Origin: Candidatus Latescibacterota bacterium
Lineage (GTDB): Bacteria > Latescibacterota > UBA2968 > UBA8231
NCBI GenBank assembly: GCA_965200315.1
Contig: OZ241362.1
Span: 544,001 to 608,000 of the forward strand
Direction: 5' to 3'
DNA length: 64,000 bases
The position numbers were made by a program, and so were the translations under genes. Numbering within the stretch: the stretch's first letter is position 1; the number at the start of each line of letters is the position of its first letter. The notes under the pieces were generated by a model, which was given only the letters and a program-made list of their open reading frames with translations, was not told the origin of the DNA and made no database searches. Below, piece after piece: positions 19,839 to 30,167 of the stretch.

Positions 19839-21350
19839 TTGCAGCAGTGGCTCTTTCCCCTGCTGGCCCCGGCCCTACTCTCGGGCCTGCTCTTCGTAGT
19901 TAGCATCCCCAAATTCGATCAGTATTACCTCGCTTGGATTTGTCTGCTGCCGCTTTTTTTCGCTCGAAACTGGCTGCCAGCCCAAAGCCACCTCGCCCTC
20001 GGGCTGGTCACTGGCATCGTCTGGGCTACCGGGCGCACGTACTGGATTACCGAGACCTTGCAATTGTACGGTGCTCTGTCCTTGGCGACCGCCGCAGCGA
20101 CGAATGCGCTGCTCATTTTATACATGGCCTTGTATCTGGCCTGTTTTGTCGCGGTGTGCCGCCGCCTAAACTTTTCTTCCCCTCTCTTTGCTTGGTCGGC
20201 GGCTAGCATCTGGGTCCTTTTAGAGTGGATGCAAAACTGGATGTTGAGCGGCTTTCCTTGGCAACTCTTGGGCTATTCGCAATACCTCAACCTGCCCTTT
20301 CTACAGTGGGCTACCATCACCGGCGTCTACGGCTTGAGCTTTCTCATCGTCCTATTCAACGCCGCGTTGGCCCAAGCCCTCTCGCACCGCGCCTTCATTC
20401 CCTATCTGAGCTTGCCTCTTCTCCTGCTGGTCGCCGTTCATCTATGGGGATTCTATCGGCTACACGACGCGCCGGATCCGCCCGCCACCCTGAAGGTCGG
20501 CGTCGTTCAAGGCAATATCCCCCAAGACCGCAAGTGGAAGGTGGATCGGCTGGCTTGGACGGCTCAGCACTACGCTGCACTCACCCGAGACTTGGCAGCC
20601 GCGGAAAAACCAAAGCTGATCATCTACCCCGAGACGGCTCTGCCGCTCTATTTTGGCGACCCCTTATACGCGGCCTATGTCGATTCGATAACAGCCCTAG
20701 CGCCGGAGCTAGATACGCCCATGCTGGTGGGCAGCCTTAAGGGGGATTCGCAAAATCGCACGGCACCGGTCTATAACCGGGCCTTCCTGCTCAATGCTCA
20801 AGGGAAAGTAGTCGATTACGCCGACAAGGTACACTTGGTGCCTTTTGGCGAGTTTCTGCCCTTCCCAGCCATCTTTCAGTATTTGGGAGGGCTTACGGCC
20901 GAGAGCGGCATCTTCGCCCACGGGGCAAGGCACAAAGTACTGCGCCTTCCGCACAGTGCCACCTCATTCGGGGTCTTTATTTGCTACGAGTCCATCTTCC
21001 CGGAAATCACCCGTACGCTGATGGCTCAAGACCCGGACTTTCTGGTCAACACCACCAACGACGCTTGGTTTGGCACCACCGCGGCCCCGCAGCAACACTT
21101 TGCGCAGGTCGTCTTGCGGGCCGTAGAAGGTGGGCGGGCCGTCGTCCGCGCCGCCAATACCGGCATTTCCGGCTTAATCGAACCGAGCGGGCGCATTGCC
21201 TATCGCACGCCGCTTTTCGCCACGGTGGGCTTTGCCCTAGACGTGCCCCTGCACCGAGAACAGACGATTTACGCACACTGGGGGGACTGGCCGCTCTTGC
21301 TCTGCGCCCTCGCGCTAACGCTGGCTGCTGCACGCAAAATTTGGAATTAG
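19839..21350 (+). CDS. lnt: Apolipoprotein N-acyltransferase
   Basis: VQGNI, YPETA, KVHLVPFGE, ICYESIFP, TNDAWFG, RAANTGIS. Confidence 0.95.
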   Translation: MQQWLFPLLAPALLSGLLFVVSIPKFDQYYLAWICLLPLFFARNWLPAQSHLALGLVTGIVWATGRTYWITETLQLYGALSLATAAATNALLILYMALYLACFVAVCRRLNFSSPLFAWSAASIWVLLEWMQNWMLSGFPWQLLGYSQYLNLPFLQWATITGVYGLSFLIVLFNAALAQALSHRAFIPYLSLPLLLLVAVHLWGFYRLHDAPDPPATLKVGVVQGNIPQDRKWKVDRLAWTAQHYAALTRDLAAAEKPKLIIYPETALPLYFGDPLYAAYVDSITALAPELDTPMLVGSLKGDSQNRTAPVYNRAFLLNAQGKVVDYADKVHLVPFGEFLPFPAIFQYLGGLTAESGIFAHGARHKVLRLPHSATSFGVFICYESIFPEITRTLMAQDPDFLVNTTNDAWFGTTAAPQQHFAQVVLRAVEGGRAVVRAANTGISGLIEPSGRIAYRTPLFATVGFALDVPLHREQTIYAHWGDWPLLLCALALTLAAARKIWN

Positions 21351-22129
21351 GAATCGCGACTGAATATTACCGGACAATGCGTCGGGTCGTCGATAAAAGC
21401 CGTCAGGCCCTCCCGCTTGTCGTCCACCGGGCGAGATCGCTCGGAGCGCATGTGAACGGCCAAGCTCCGCCGCGGCCCCGCAGCATGATTGGGACCGCTG
21501 CCGTGTAGCGTCAGGCAGTGGTGAAAGCTCACGCCCCCTTTGGGCAGAGTCGCCGCTACTTCCACCCACTCGCCGCGAGCCAGCGCGGCCAGCTCTTGCT
21601 TCTGCTCGACTAGGTCTTGGCCGAAGAAATCGCTGCCCGGCAGCAATCCCCACTGGTGAGAGCCGCGCACAAAGTGCATCGGCCCGTCCGCCGAGCTGAC
21701 CTCGCTCAAGGCGATCCAAGCTGTAAACAGCTCACTGCCCTCTTCCCAAGCCCCCCAGTAGTTGCGGTCTTGATGCCATCCCACATGGGTTCCGCTAGAC
21801 TCTGCACCCGCAACCGGAGGCTTGTACAGCAACTGCATCCACCAAACTTGGACCCACTCGGCCCCACAGACTTCAGCGGCCAACGCCCCGAGGGCCGGAT
21901 GTTTGATCAGGTCCATAATAGCCCGATTGGCGATGTGCGGCTTTTCAATTTTGCACAGCCGCTGCGGTTCGTCGCCCGGCTGCCAAGCCGAGGGGCGAGG
22001 CGGCACCCCGGTATCGTACTCGCCCCGCCGCACCGCATCCATGCCCGCCACCGCGCGATCAACGGCGTCTGATGGCCATAAGGCCGCGTCGTGGATGTAA
22101 AACCCATCCCGCATATAGGTTTCGCGCAT
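21347..22129 (-). CDS. Phytanoyl-CoA dioxygenase (PhyH) family
   Basis: WHQD...FHHCLTLHGSGPN. The start is taken at the internal Met because the longer ORF overlaps the upstream gene. Confidence 0.88.
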   Translation of the reverse strand: MRETYMRDGFYIHDAALWPSDAVDRAVAGMDAVRRGEYDTGVPPRPSAWQPGDEPQRLCKIEKPHIANRAIMDLIKHPALGALAAEVCGAEWVQVWWMQLLYKPPVAGAESSGTHVGWHQDRNYWGAWEEGSELFTAWIALSEVSSADGPMHFVRGSHQWGLLPGSDFFGQDLVEQKQELAALARGEWVEVAATLPKGGVSFHHCLTLHGSGPNHAAGPRRSLAVHMRSERSRPVDDKREGLTAFIDDPTHCPVIFSRDS

Positions 22130-22143
22130 CGGCCCCGTTCCTC

Positions 22144-23250
22144 CTAAACCGGACAAGCGGGAATATCGACCCACCGCCGCTCGGCTGCGGCTTGGAGAAT
22201 GGAGTCGGCAACGGCCTGTGCCCGCATCCCGTGATAAAACGAAGGTACGCAATCGCGTCCCTCGCGGATGGCGCTGACGAATTCCCAAGCTTGGTCATAG
22301 CGAAAAGTCTGCACGGGATCGCCAACGGACGGATCGCGCGGAGCATTGGACCGCTTGAGGAACTCGGCGGGCACGGGCTGGCTCTGATAGGGTTCGCCGC
22401 GGGGCGCGAAGAGCACCTCGTGTGGCGTGTGCAGGCGATAGACGACCGAAGCATCCTCCCCGTTGAGTTCGGCCAAGTCGTGGTCGCCCTTTGGGCCGTA
22501 GCCCTTGCTTAGCTTGCCCATCTCGAAAACGCCCGTGGTGCCGCTTTTGAACTCGGCGATCCACGCGATCCAATCTTCCACATCCTGCGGTGGACACGGC
22601 TGGCCTTCGCGAGTCTCAGCTCTCGGCACCAACTGCTTGGCCGCGCTGCACACGGCCTCTATCGGCCCCAGCAGATCTTCGGCAAAATCAATGCGGTGAA
22701 TACCCATATCGCCCAGTTCGCCCGACCCGGCGTAGCGCTTGTATTGCCGCCAGCCAATGGCGCACTCTCCCCAGTCTTGCAGGCGCTGGAAACGGGCGTG
22801 GCGAATCGCCCCTAAGGCCTCGGTCTGCACCAAGTGGCGGATGTAGTTCATGGCCGGTACAAAGCGATAGGTAAATGCCGTCATGTGACGACGCCCCGAC
22901 GCCTTGCCCTTAGCGTATATTTCCTCGGTTTGAGCAAAGTCCATACCTAGGGGCTTCTCGCACAGCACGTGGCAGCCAGCGTCTAAGGCTTGGACGATCA
23001 GCTCGTAGTGATAGACGTTGGGCACGGCGATGCAGACCGCATCCGGAGCCACTGCATCTAAGAGCGCCTCCAGCCGGTCAAAAGCATCAGCAATACCCCA
23101 CTCGGCCTGCCGCTCTTGCCGCAACGCCTCGTCTGGCTCGCAGATCCCAGCGAGCTCGACCCCGGGAATCAACCGCAACCCTGGATAGTGTACCCCCGCA
23201 CAGACGCCGCCTGTGCCCACCAGCCCTACGCGCAGTGCATTTTGGTTCAT
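22144..23250 (-). CDS. Gfo/Idh/MocA oxidoreductase
   Basis: VGLVGTGG, HVLCEKP, DMGIHRID. Confidence 0.92.
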   Translation of the reverse strand: MNQNALRVGLVGTGGVCAGVHYPGLRLIPGVELAGICEPDEALRQERQAEWGIADAFDRLEALLDAVAPDAVCIAVPNVYHYELIVQALDAGCHVLCEKPLGMDFAQTEEIYAKGKASGRRHMTAFTYRFVPAMNYIRHLVQTEALGAIRHARFQRLQDWGECAIGWRQYKRYAGSGELGDMGIHRIDFAEDLLGPIEAVCSAAKQLVPRAETREGQPCPPQDVEDWIAWIAEFKSGTTGVFEMGKLSKGYGPKGDHDLAELNGEDASVVYRLHTPHEVLFAPRGEPYQSQPVPAEFLKRSNAPRDPSVGDPVQTFRYDQAWEFVSAIREGRDCVPSFYHGMRAQAVADSILQAAAERRWVDIPACPV

Positions 23251-24176
23251 ACGACCTCTTTCATTTGCATTTGTATTTGCCTCTCTGTCTCAGCCAGCTT
23301 ATCGACGAGCGCGTGCAGCCTCGGCAGATCATCAGCAGCCACGTCCTCGGCAAAAGGCACCACCGGCCCTCCAGCCAGCCCGAACCGCTCCATAGCTGCG
23401 TGCAGGGCCGAGCCACTATAGCGCGCCGCCCGCTCACCGCGCAGATCTTCAAACGGCACCATCTGCTGCCGAATCTCCTCCGCCCCGGCGCAGTCCCCCG
23501 CGGCAAAGCACTCTAGGAGCGTCAGGCTCATGCCGGGAACGAAGTTGGCCATCCCCGAGCTAAACCCAACCGCGCCGACGGCCATATAGTCGATACAGGG
23601 ATCCTCGGCCATGCCGCAGACCATGGCCGCGTCCTCCCCAGCACCAGCGACGATCCGCTGGAACGCCTCTAAGTCGTCAACGGCGTATTTGAGTCCCACC
23701 ACCTCGTCTAACTTACACAGTGCCACTACTTGCTCGACCGGCATGATATCCAGACGGCGCTGATACAGTATCGTGGGCAACCGGGTCTTCTCGGCAATGT
23801 CGCGCAGGCCGACGGCAACGCCCCCGGCCGTGGCCGGCCCGACGATGGGCATAATCATCACCCCGGCGACGCCCAAAGAGCGGGCGATCCGCCCCATCTC
23901 CAGTGCCCGACCATACCCCGGCCCGATCCCCGGCACCACCAACGCCTCTCCGGCGGCCGCCTCCACAAAAGCCCCAACGACAGCCTCGTATTCGTCCAAG
24001 GTCATATCGTACACCAGCCCGGTGCCACACGCTGGCATAATAAAATCGACGCCCCGCTCACAGAGGAAGCGCACATTGCGGCCAATCCCCGCCAAGTCAA
24101 GGCCCCGTTCCGCATCGCGGGGCGTGATCGCCACAACCAGCACGTTGTGGCACTGTTCTTTTTGCAACATCTGCAT
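23247..24176 (-). CDS. Dihydrodipicolinate synthase/aldolase family protein
   Basis: ITP...CGTG, LY, GLKY Schiff-base lysine region. Confidence 0.85.
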   Translation of the reverse strand: MQMLQKEQCHNVLVVAITPRDAERGLDLAGIGRNVRFLCERGVDFIMPACGTGLVYDMTLDEYEAVVGAFVEAAAGEALVVPGIGPGYGRALEMGRIARSLGVAGVMIMPIVGPATAGGVAVGLRDIAEKTRLPTILYQRRLDIMPVEQVVALCKLDEVVGLKYAVDDLEAFQRIVAGAGEDAAMVCGMAEDPCIDYMAVGAVGFSSGMANFVPGMSLTLLECFAAGDCAGAEEIRQQMVPFEDLRGERAARYSGSALHAAMERFGLAGGPVVPFAEDVAADDLPRLHALVDKLAETERQIQMQMKEVV

Positions 24177-24194
24177 ACTATTCTCCTTTATCTG

Positions 24195-24566
24195 CTAGGC
24201 CCAAACGGTCTCGGTGGAGGTTGTGGCGTGTTTATTGTAGTGCTCCATGTAGTCCTCGCGCGGCGGACTGAAGATGTCGAGGATCTTGGCTGGTCCCTCT
24301 TCGACGACCCCCCAGTGGACCACATTAGGCGGAATTAAGAAGGCATCGCCCGGGCCGGTGACGCGCTCCTCTGATCCAATGCGAAAGCGGAAACGCCCAG
24401 CGAGCACCAAGCCGGCCTGCTCGTGCGGATGGCTGTGCTCGGGCACTTCGCAGCCTTCTTCCATGTCCAAAAATGAAAGCATCAACCGCTCGCCAGCCAC
24501 CAAGCCGCTGTTGATTTGGGGAAAAAGCTCCACGGCCGCCAAATTTGCGGGATTGATAAAGGGCAT
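24195..24566 (-). CDS. Cupin domain protein
   Basis: PEHSHPHEQ...IPPNVVH...DIFSPPREDY. Confidence 0.9.
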   Translation of the reverse strand: MPFINPANLAAVELFPQINSGLVAGERLMLSFLDMEEGCEVPEHSHPHEQAGLVLAGRFRFRIGSEERVTGPGDAFLIPPNVVHWGVVEEGPAKILDIFSPPREDYMEHYNKHATTSTETVWA

Positions 24567-24648
24567 AGTCTCCTCCTATTTCAAACTAATCGTTGGAATC
24601 TTGGGCAACCGCGGTCGCCACGGCCATCGGCTGGCTTTTCAGCACGGG

Positions 24649-25980
24649 TCATTCGACAAAGCTCCGCAACCAAGCATCGCCGCGATAGCGCGGCCACAGC
24701 GTAACAAAGCGGCCCACCATCAGGCCGCTATAGGCCATCCAAGCACCGGCTAGCTCCCAATCCAACCAGTATATAAAAACCAACGCCGCCGGCAAAAATA
24801 CCCCAAAGCTCGCCAGCACCATAGCCTTGAACAGGTATCCCATGTCGCTAGCACCAATAAAAATTCCGTCAAAGACGAAGACCACGGCGTTCAACGGTTG
24901 AATCAGCGCGATGAGCACATAGAGCGCACCAACCTGTTCTACAACTTCCCGATGCGGAGTAAATAGCGCGGCAATAGGCTCCAAGGCCACAAAGTAAGCC
25001 AAGCCAAACCCCGCTCCCAAACCCAAACCCCAGCCGATGATCCGCCAAGCGATCTGCCGGGCCTCGGCGAAGAGGTGCGCTCCTAGACAGCGGCCAACCA
25101 GCGTCTCGGCCGCGTGGGCAAAACCGTCCACGGCGAAGCTAGTCAGCCCCCAGACCTGCAAAATCACGGCGTTGGCTGCCAGCGGTGCTTCGCCCATCCG
25201 CGAAACCATGCCGAGCGTGAAAAAACCGGCAAATTGCAGACATAGGGTGCGGCCAAAGAGAAAGGCGTTGGTCTGCATCAAGTGCTTCATCGCGCACAAA
25301 TCCCACAGCCTTGTAGGCCACTCCCGCAGATAGGAGCGGTAGCGGGAGAACAACCAAAAAACCCCAGTAGCCAACGCCGCCACATTGCCCAGCACAGACG
25401 CCCAAGCCGCCCCTTCGACACCGAGCTTGGGAGCACCCAACTTGCCGTAGATAAGCGCGTAGTCCGCGCCGATGTTGACCAAGTTGGCAACGGTCATAAC
25501 CCAGAGGGGTGCTATGACATTGGCGGTCCCGAGAAAAAAGCCGTTGAGCGTCATAATGCTCAGGGCCAAGGGTGCTTCCCACACCCGGATGGCGAAGTAG
25601 CGTATGCCCCAGTGCTGAACTTGCACAGACCCGCCGGCCAACTCAAACCCAATCCGGCTGATCCAGCCACCGGCCGCCACTATCCCCATGCCGAGGCAGA
25701 CGGCCACAATAAGCGAGCGGTAGAGTACCCCCGCGCTCTGCCGTCGATCTCCTGCCCCGCTGTACTGGGCTACCAGTGCCGTGGTCCCCATCCGCAGAAA
25801 GGCCAGGCACCAGAATATGCCATTGAAGATCAAACTCGCCGTAGAGACCGCGCCCATAAAAGCCACTTCCGGCAAATGGCCGATCATCGCAGTGTCGGCA
25901 ATGCCGATCAGCGGCGTAGATAGGGCAGTAAGGATACTGGGGACGGCGAGACTAAGAATCCGGCGGTCGAGTGAATTCAA
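24649..25980 (-). CDS. MATE-family efflux transporter (DinF-like)
   Basis: DTAMIGHL, FLRMGTT, about 12 TM helices. Confidence 0.92.
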   Translation of the reverse strand: MNSLDRRILSLAVPSILTALSTPLIGIADTAMIGHLPEVAFMGAVSTASLIFNGIFWCLAFLRMGTTALVAQYSGAGDRRQSAGVLYRSLIVAVCLGMGIVAAGGWISRIGFELAGGSVQVQHWGIRYFAIRVWEAPLALSIMTLNGFFLGTANVIAPLWVMTVANLVNIGADYALIYGKLGAPKLGVEGAAWASVLGNVAALATGVFWLFSRYRSYLREWPTRLWDLCAMKHLMQTNAFLFGRTLCLQFAGFFTLGMVSRMGEAPLAANAVILQVWGLTSFAVDGFAHAAETLVGRCLGAHLFAEARQIAWRIIGWGLGLGAGFGLAYFVALEPIAALFTPHREVVEQVGALYVLIALIQPLNAVVFVFDGIFIGASDMGYLFKAMVLASFGVFLPAALVFIYWLDWELAGAWMAYSGLMVGRFVTLWPRYRGDAWLRSFVE

Positions 25981-26315
25981 TCCTCCGCCTCAGGTCGCCA
26001 GCCAAACCGTTTCAGGTCGATGCGTTGCGCTGTAAAAATGACGCCCTCCCTGGCCAAAAGCTCGTATTGCATCAGATGACTGCTGCCGCTGCGCGGCGAG
26101 ACCTTGCCTTGGGCGTTGATGATGCGGTGCCAAGGCAGGTCCGACTCCCCGGGCATCCCCGCCAAGACGAACCCAACCTGCCGCGCACGCCCCGGGTAAC
26201 CGGCCAAGGTGGCGATCTGCCCATAGGTGGCAACCTTGCCGTAGGGCACACAGGCGATGGTCTCGTAGAACGCCCGGCGCATCGGGCTTTCAGCAGTTGG
26301 GAGCTGCGGCCTCAT
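25977..26315 (-). CDS. MGMT-like alkylated DNA flippase (Atl1/YbaZ)
   Basis: VPYGKVATYGQIA...ARQVG...LPWHRIIN (Trp in place of the catalytic Cys). Confidence 0.9.
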   Translation of the reverse strand: MRPQLPTAESPMRRAFYETIACVPYGKVATYGQIATLAGYPGRARQVGFVLAGMPGESDLPWHRIINAQGKVSPRSGSSHLMQYELLAREGVIFTAQRIDLKRFGWRPEAED

Positions 26316-26514
26316 CGCGCCCTTCCAAAAAGCCGAGGGCCTTGATATAGCTGCGCTTATCTAAGTAGTGGCGCAACATCGGCGGAGTTTCGTTGCCCAA
26401 CTCTTGGCCAAGTTCGTCAAGCCGCCGCAGATGCGTGGTAATTGACTCGCTTTCACCGTTGTCGATAGCCGCCATCAGGGCTTGCAGGGTGGTATGCAAC
26501 TGGTCCAGTGCCAT
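26290..26514 (-). CDS. Hypothetical protein
   Basis: 74-aa ORF tightly packed in the operon (LRHYLDKRSYIKAL). Confidence 0.65.
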   Translation of the reverse strand: MALDQLHTTLQALMAAIDNGESESITTHLRRLDELGQELGNETPPMLRHYLDKRSYIKALGFLEGRDEAAAPNC

Positions 26515-26517
26515 AGC

Positions 26518-27237
26518 TCAAGCCGCCATGATGAGGTACGCAAGCCACTCGGCGTGCGGGTTGCGAATCGCGTAGCGCGTACCCGGTGGCAGGTGGATCA
26601 TATCCCCTTCCCGAATCTCCTGCAGGTCGCCATCGGCTTCCAAGACGCCGCTGTTTTCGAGCACGTAATAGACCTGCTCTAGCGCTTCGCTGCGCTCGAC
26701 CGTTTGTCCACGCGGCTGTACGGCCTCGCGGTCGATGCAGCGCAACCCCTGTGTAAAGCCCACGCCTTCCTCTCCGACTGGGCCTAGCTGGTGCCAACGC
26801 ACCGCGCCCGCACCGTCGCCCATTGCCGGCACATCGCGCCAGTTGCGGATGGCAAAGTCGCCGCCATTAGCCGCGATTCTTTGGCTGATCACGTGGTGTT
26901 CGAGCCAGTCCTCGCTGGTGTCGTTAAACATCTGGTGGTGGATGCCCGATGGCAGGTATACTGCATCGCCCTCCTGCACGGGGAAGCGCTCTTGGTCAAA
27001 GAGCACGTGGCCGCGGCCCGAGAGTATGTAGTACACCTGTTCGAGGTTTTCGTGTTTGTGATAATCCGAATTCTTGCGGCCCTGTAGCGCGTGGCGGGCA
27101 AAGCCCTGCAGGTGCTCTAGGCGATGGCGCGGATCGGGGGCGTCGTCGCCCTCGCGGTCGCGCAACCCGCCCCAATGAACCACGCTCAGGTGGGCTATGT
27201 TGGGTTGGACGTCGCGCCAATTGATGATATACACCAT
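26518..27237 (-). CDS. Bicupin protein
   Basis: Two EQVYY(I/V)L cupin repeats; AGGAGG RBS. Confidence 0.85.
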   Translation of the reverse strand: MVYIINWRDVQPNIAHLSVVHWGGLRDREGDDAPDPRHRLEHLQGFARHALQGRKNSDYHKHENLEQVYYILSGRGHVLFDQERFPVQEGDAVYLPSGIHHQMFNDTSEDWLEHHVISQRIAANGGDFAIRNWRDVPAMGDGAGAVRWHQLGPVGEEGVGFTQGLRCIDREAVQPRGQTVERSEALEQVYYVLENSGVLEADGDLQEIREGDMIHLPPGTRYAIRNPHAEWLAYLIMAA

Positions 27238-27250
27238 GTTTTCCTCCTAT

Positions 27251-28042
27251 TTACAAAGCGACGATCTGGCGCATGCGCGCACCGAGATCGATGAGTTCCT
27301 CGCGGCTGCCGCCCACTTCGTGGATCAGCGTGGAATCGTACCCTGCTGCCCTTAACTCGGCCATGACCGCCGGCCAGTCTGTATCTCCTTCGAGCAAGTT
27401 GACGAAGCGGTGCTCGCCGCGGCGGAAATCCTTGAAATGCACCTTCTTAATGCGCGGCCCCAACTCGCGGATCCAGTGCTCTGGATAGCCGTAGGCCATC
27501 ATGTTGGCCGTGTCGAGGTAAATCCCCACCCACTCGCTGCCGATTTCATCGACAAAAAGCCGGGCTTCGCGCGGGCTGAGCAGGAACTTGTTCCAGACGT
27601 TTTCCAAACCAATGGCCGCCCCCATTTCCTCGGCCAAGGAAGCCGTGTCGCGCAGCGCATCCCGCAACCCATCCCAAGCCTGCTGATAGGTGCCTTCGAC
27701 CTCTAGCTGCCCTGGGTGCAACAGCACCCCATCGACCGACAGCACGCCGGCGATCACGAGCGAGCGCCGCAAGCACTTGAGGCACCGATCGCGCTCACCG
27801 GCATCGCGGCTGAGCAGGTTGCCGCGCTCTTGATACCAGACGATGACGCTGCCGATTTCAACACCAGCGTCCTCGCACTGCCGCCCGACCTGGGCGATTT
27901 CGTCGGCACTCATCTGCGGATCCAAGTCCTTGCCCTCAGCAAAGACCAACTCCACAGCCTGATAGCCCGCGTCCGCGCACAGCCGCAGCGTGTCTGCCAG
28001 CGACATGTTCCCCAAAATGATCTGCGTGATTCCTATTTTCAT
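27251..28042 (-). CDS. Sugar phosphate isomerase/epimerase (TIM barrel)
   Basis: ENVWNKFL, YLDTAN, HFKDF. Confidence 0.9.
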   Translation of the reverse strand: MKIGITQIILGNMSLADTLRLCADAGYQAVELVFAEGKDLDPQMSADEIAQVGRQCEDAGVEIGSVIVWYQERGNLLSRDAGERDRCLKCLRRSLVIAGVLSVDGVLLHPGQLEVEGTYQQAWDGLRDALRDTASLAEEMGAAIGLENVWNKFLLSPREARLFVDEIGSEWVGIYLDTANMMAYGYPEHWIRELGPRIKKVHFKDFRRGEHRFVNLLEGDTDWPAVMAELRAAGYDSTLIHEVGGSREELIDLGARMRQIVAL

Positions 28043-28149
28043 TAATAGTCCCTCCTTTTGGACAGGGCGAGTCTTTCGCCACTCGTTTGAATCCCGAATG
28101 CAAAATCGCTACGTTTGTCCCCCTAACTTCAACTGCATAGGAGGCCATC

Positions 28150-29040
28150 ATGGCAGAAAAAATCGGCTTTGTCGGCGTGGGGCGCATGGGTTCCAACATG
28201 GCCCGCAACCTCGCCGATAAAGGCTTCACCATCTCGGCGGTATTCGACGCGCATGCTGCTGCCGCCCAAGAACTAGCCGAAGAGCTCGGCTGCGCCGCCC
28301 CCCAAACGCTGGCCGAAGTTACGGCCCTCGCCGATGTGGTCATCACCGTGGTGACCGACGACGCGGCCATGCGCTCCATCTTCGCCCCCTCCGGCGATTC
28401 CCTGCTCGCCGACGCCAAAGGCACGACCTTTATCAACTGCGCCACCATCTCGCCGGCCGTCCACGTCGAGGTCGAAGAGCGCGCCGCTGCCGTCGGTGCG
28501 TCCTCGCTCGAAGGCTGCATGGCCTCTAGCATCACCCAAGCCCGCGAGGGTACCCTGTACCTGATGTGCGGCGGCCAGCGCAGCGTCTTCAACCGCGTCC
28601 GGCCCATCCTCGACGCCCTGAGCGTCGATCTGCGCTACATCGGCTCGGCCGGCCAAGCGGCCCAAGTCAAGGCCCTCGTCAACATGGTCATGAACATCAA
28701 CACCGCCGGCTTAGCCGAAGGGTTGGGCCTAGGCCAAGCCCTCGGGCTGGACCTGAAGATGCTAATGAAGGTCTTCTCCCAGACCGGCGCTAATTCACGC
28801 GTCTTAGAGACCGACGGCGAGGACATGACCATCCGCGACCACGAGTGCTATTTTTCCGCGGACCACGCGGCGAAGGACTCCGGTATCGCCCTCGCACTAG
28901 CCCGCCAAAACAAGCTCAGTCTGCCGCTGGCGCAGGCGACCAAGCGCCAGTACGACAAAATGAAAAAACTGGGCCTTGGCGACCTCGACAAATCGGGCAT
29001 TGCCGAGCTGACCTTTCCCGGTCGCAAAGGCACCAAGTAG
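28150..29040 (+). CDS. 3-hydroxyisobutyrate dehydrogenase-family NAD(P) oxidoreductase
   Basis: IGFVGVGRMGSNMARNL; VKALVN. Confidence 0.9.
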   Translation: MAEKIGFVGVGRMGSNMARNLADKGFTISAVFDAHAAAAQELAEELGCAAPQTLAEVTALADVVITVVTDDAAMRSIFAPSGDSLLADAKGTTFINCATISPAVHVEVEERAAAVGASSLEGCMASSITQAREGTLYLMCGGQRSVFNRVRPILDALSVDLRYIGSAGQAAQVKALVNMVMNINTAGLAEGLGLGQALGLDLKMLMKVFSQTGANSRVLETDGEDMTIRDHECYFSADHAAKDSGIALALARQNKLSLPLAQATKRQYDKMKKLGLGDLDKSGIAELTFPGRKGTK

Positions 29041-29088
29041 TAGCCGTTTTCCGAGGGGCAGGTCGCCGCAGGCCTGCCCCTTTCTTAG

Positions 29089-30096
29089 CTAGATCCGCCC
29101 GTGCCGGATGTCCACCATCCGCTGCGTCAGTTCAAACCGCAGTTCTTTTCCACGAAAAAACCGCACGAACTCATCGACCATTATTGAGAAATAGCGGCCA
29201 AACGTCTCGGGCGCATACCAAGCTACATGCGGGCTGACAAAAGCGTGAGGCAGGTGGCGCAAGCGGCTGTCTTTGGGCAGCGGCTCTGGGTCGAAGACAT
29301 CGAGACCAGCGATTAGCTCGCCCCGGATGAGCCGCTGCGTCAGTTCCTCGTAATCCACCACCGGCCCGCGACAGCAATTGATCAGGATGCGGCCGCGACC
29401 CAACAAATCGAACTCCCTTGCCCCGATCATTTTTTCGGTTTTGGGCGTGTGTGGGACTTGGACGACGAGGATATCCGCGTGTTGCAACACCTCGTCGAGC
29501 GAACCGCGCACAATGCCCAACTCAGCGGCCACTTCCTCGGACAAATACGGGTCCGCGACGCGCAAATCCACTCGAAAGGGGCTTAATAATTCGACCAATC
29601 GCTGCCCCACGTGCCCGCAGCCGACCAACCCGACCTTCTTGCCGGTCAATTCGCCGTGGACAAAATCGTCGTTGCCCGCCCGCGCCCACTGCTCCTCGCC
29701 CGCCATCATCTGCCGATAGATCCCGGCCCCATTGCGCAAGCACAACAGCATCAGGGCCAAGTCCCACTCGGCCACCGGCGCGGCCGAGGCAATGTTGTCG
29801 GTATCCACGGCCCGTACGCCGCACTCCTGAGCAGCCGCCAAGTCGATGCCCGTGCCAAAGCGATCCCCGCTGACGCCGGCGATCCGCAAGTCAAGGGCTC
29901 CCTCAAACACAGCTCGCGTCAGCTCGGGTAGCCGACCTCCGAGGCGGATCACGCCTTCACAGCCAGCCAACACCTCGATAAAAGCCGGCTCGGACAGGCA
30001 CTCTTTCGGCTCGATGACCTCGACCACTTGCCCTAGCCGATCCAAATCCTCTGTTTGCGCATAGCCATGTGGATCCACCAACACTTTAGGTTTCAC
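29089..30096 (-). CDS. D-isomer-specific 2-hydroxyacid dehydrogenase
   Basis: VGLVGCGHVG, INCCRG, LDVFDPEP, SPHVA. Confidence 0.9.
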   Translation of the reverse strand: MKPKVLVDPHGYAQTEDLDRLGQVVEVIEPKECLSEPAFIEVLAGCEGVIRLGGRLPELTRAVFEGALDLRIAGVSGDRFGTGIDLAAAQECGVRAVDTDNIASAAPVAEWDLALMLLCLRNGAGIYRQMMAGEEQWARAGNDDFVHGELTGKKVGLVGCGHVGQRLVELLSPFRVDLRVADPYLSEEVAAELGIVRGSLDEVLQHADILVVQVPHTPKTEKMIGAREFDLLGRGRILINCCRGPVVDYEELTQRLIRGELIAGLDVFDPEPLPKDSRLRHLPHAFVSPHVAWYAPETFGRYFSIMVDEFVRFFRGKELRFELTQRMVDIRHGRI

Positions 30097-30167
30097 ATCC
30101 TAGCTCCTCATCTCGACCGCGTGGCGAGCCATTTCTGCGTCTATCTGCGCCCATCTGCGGATCACCC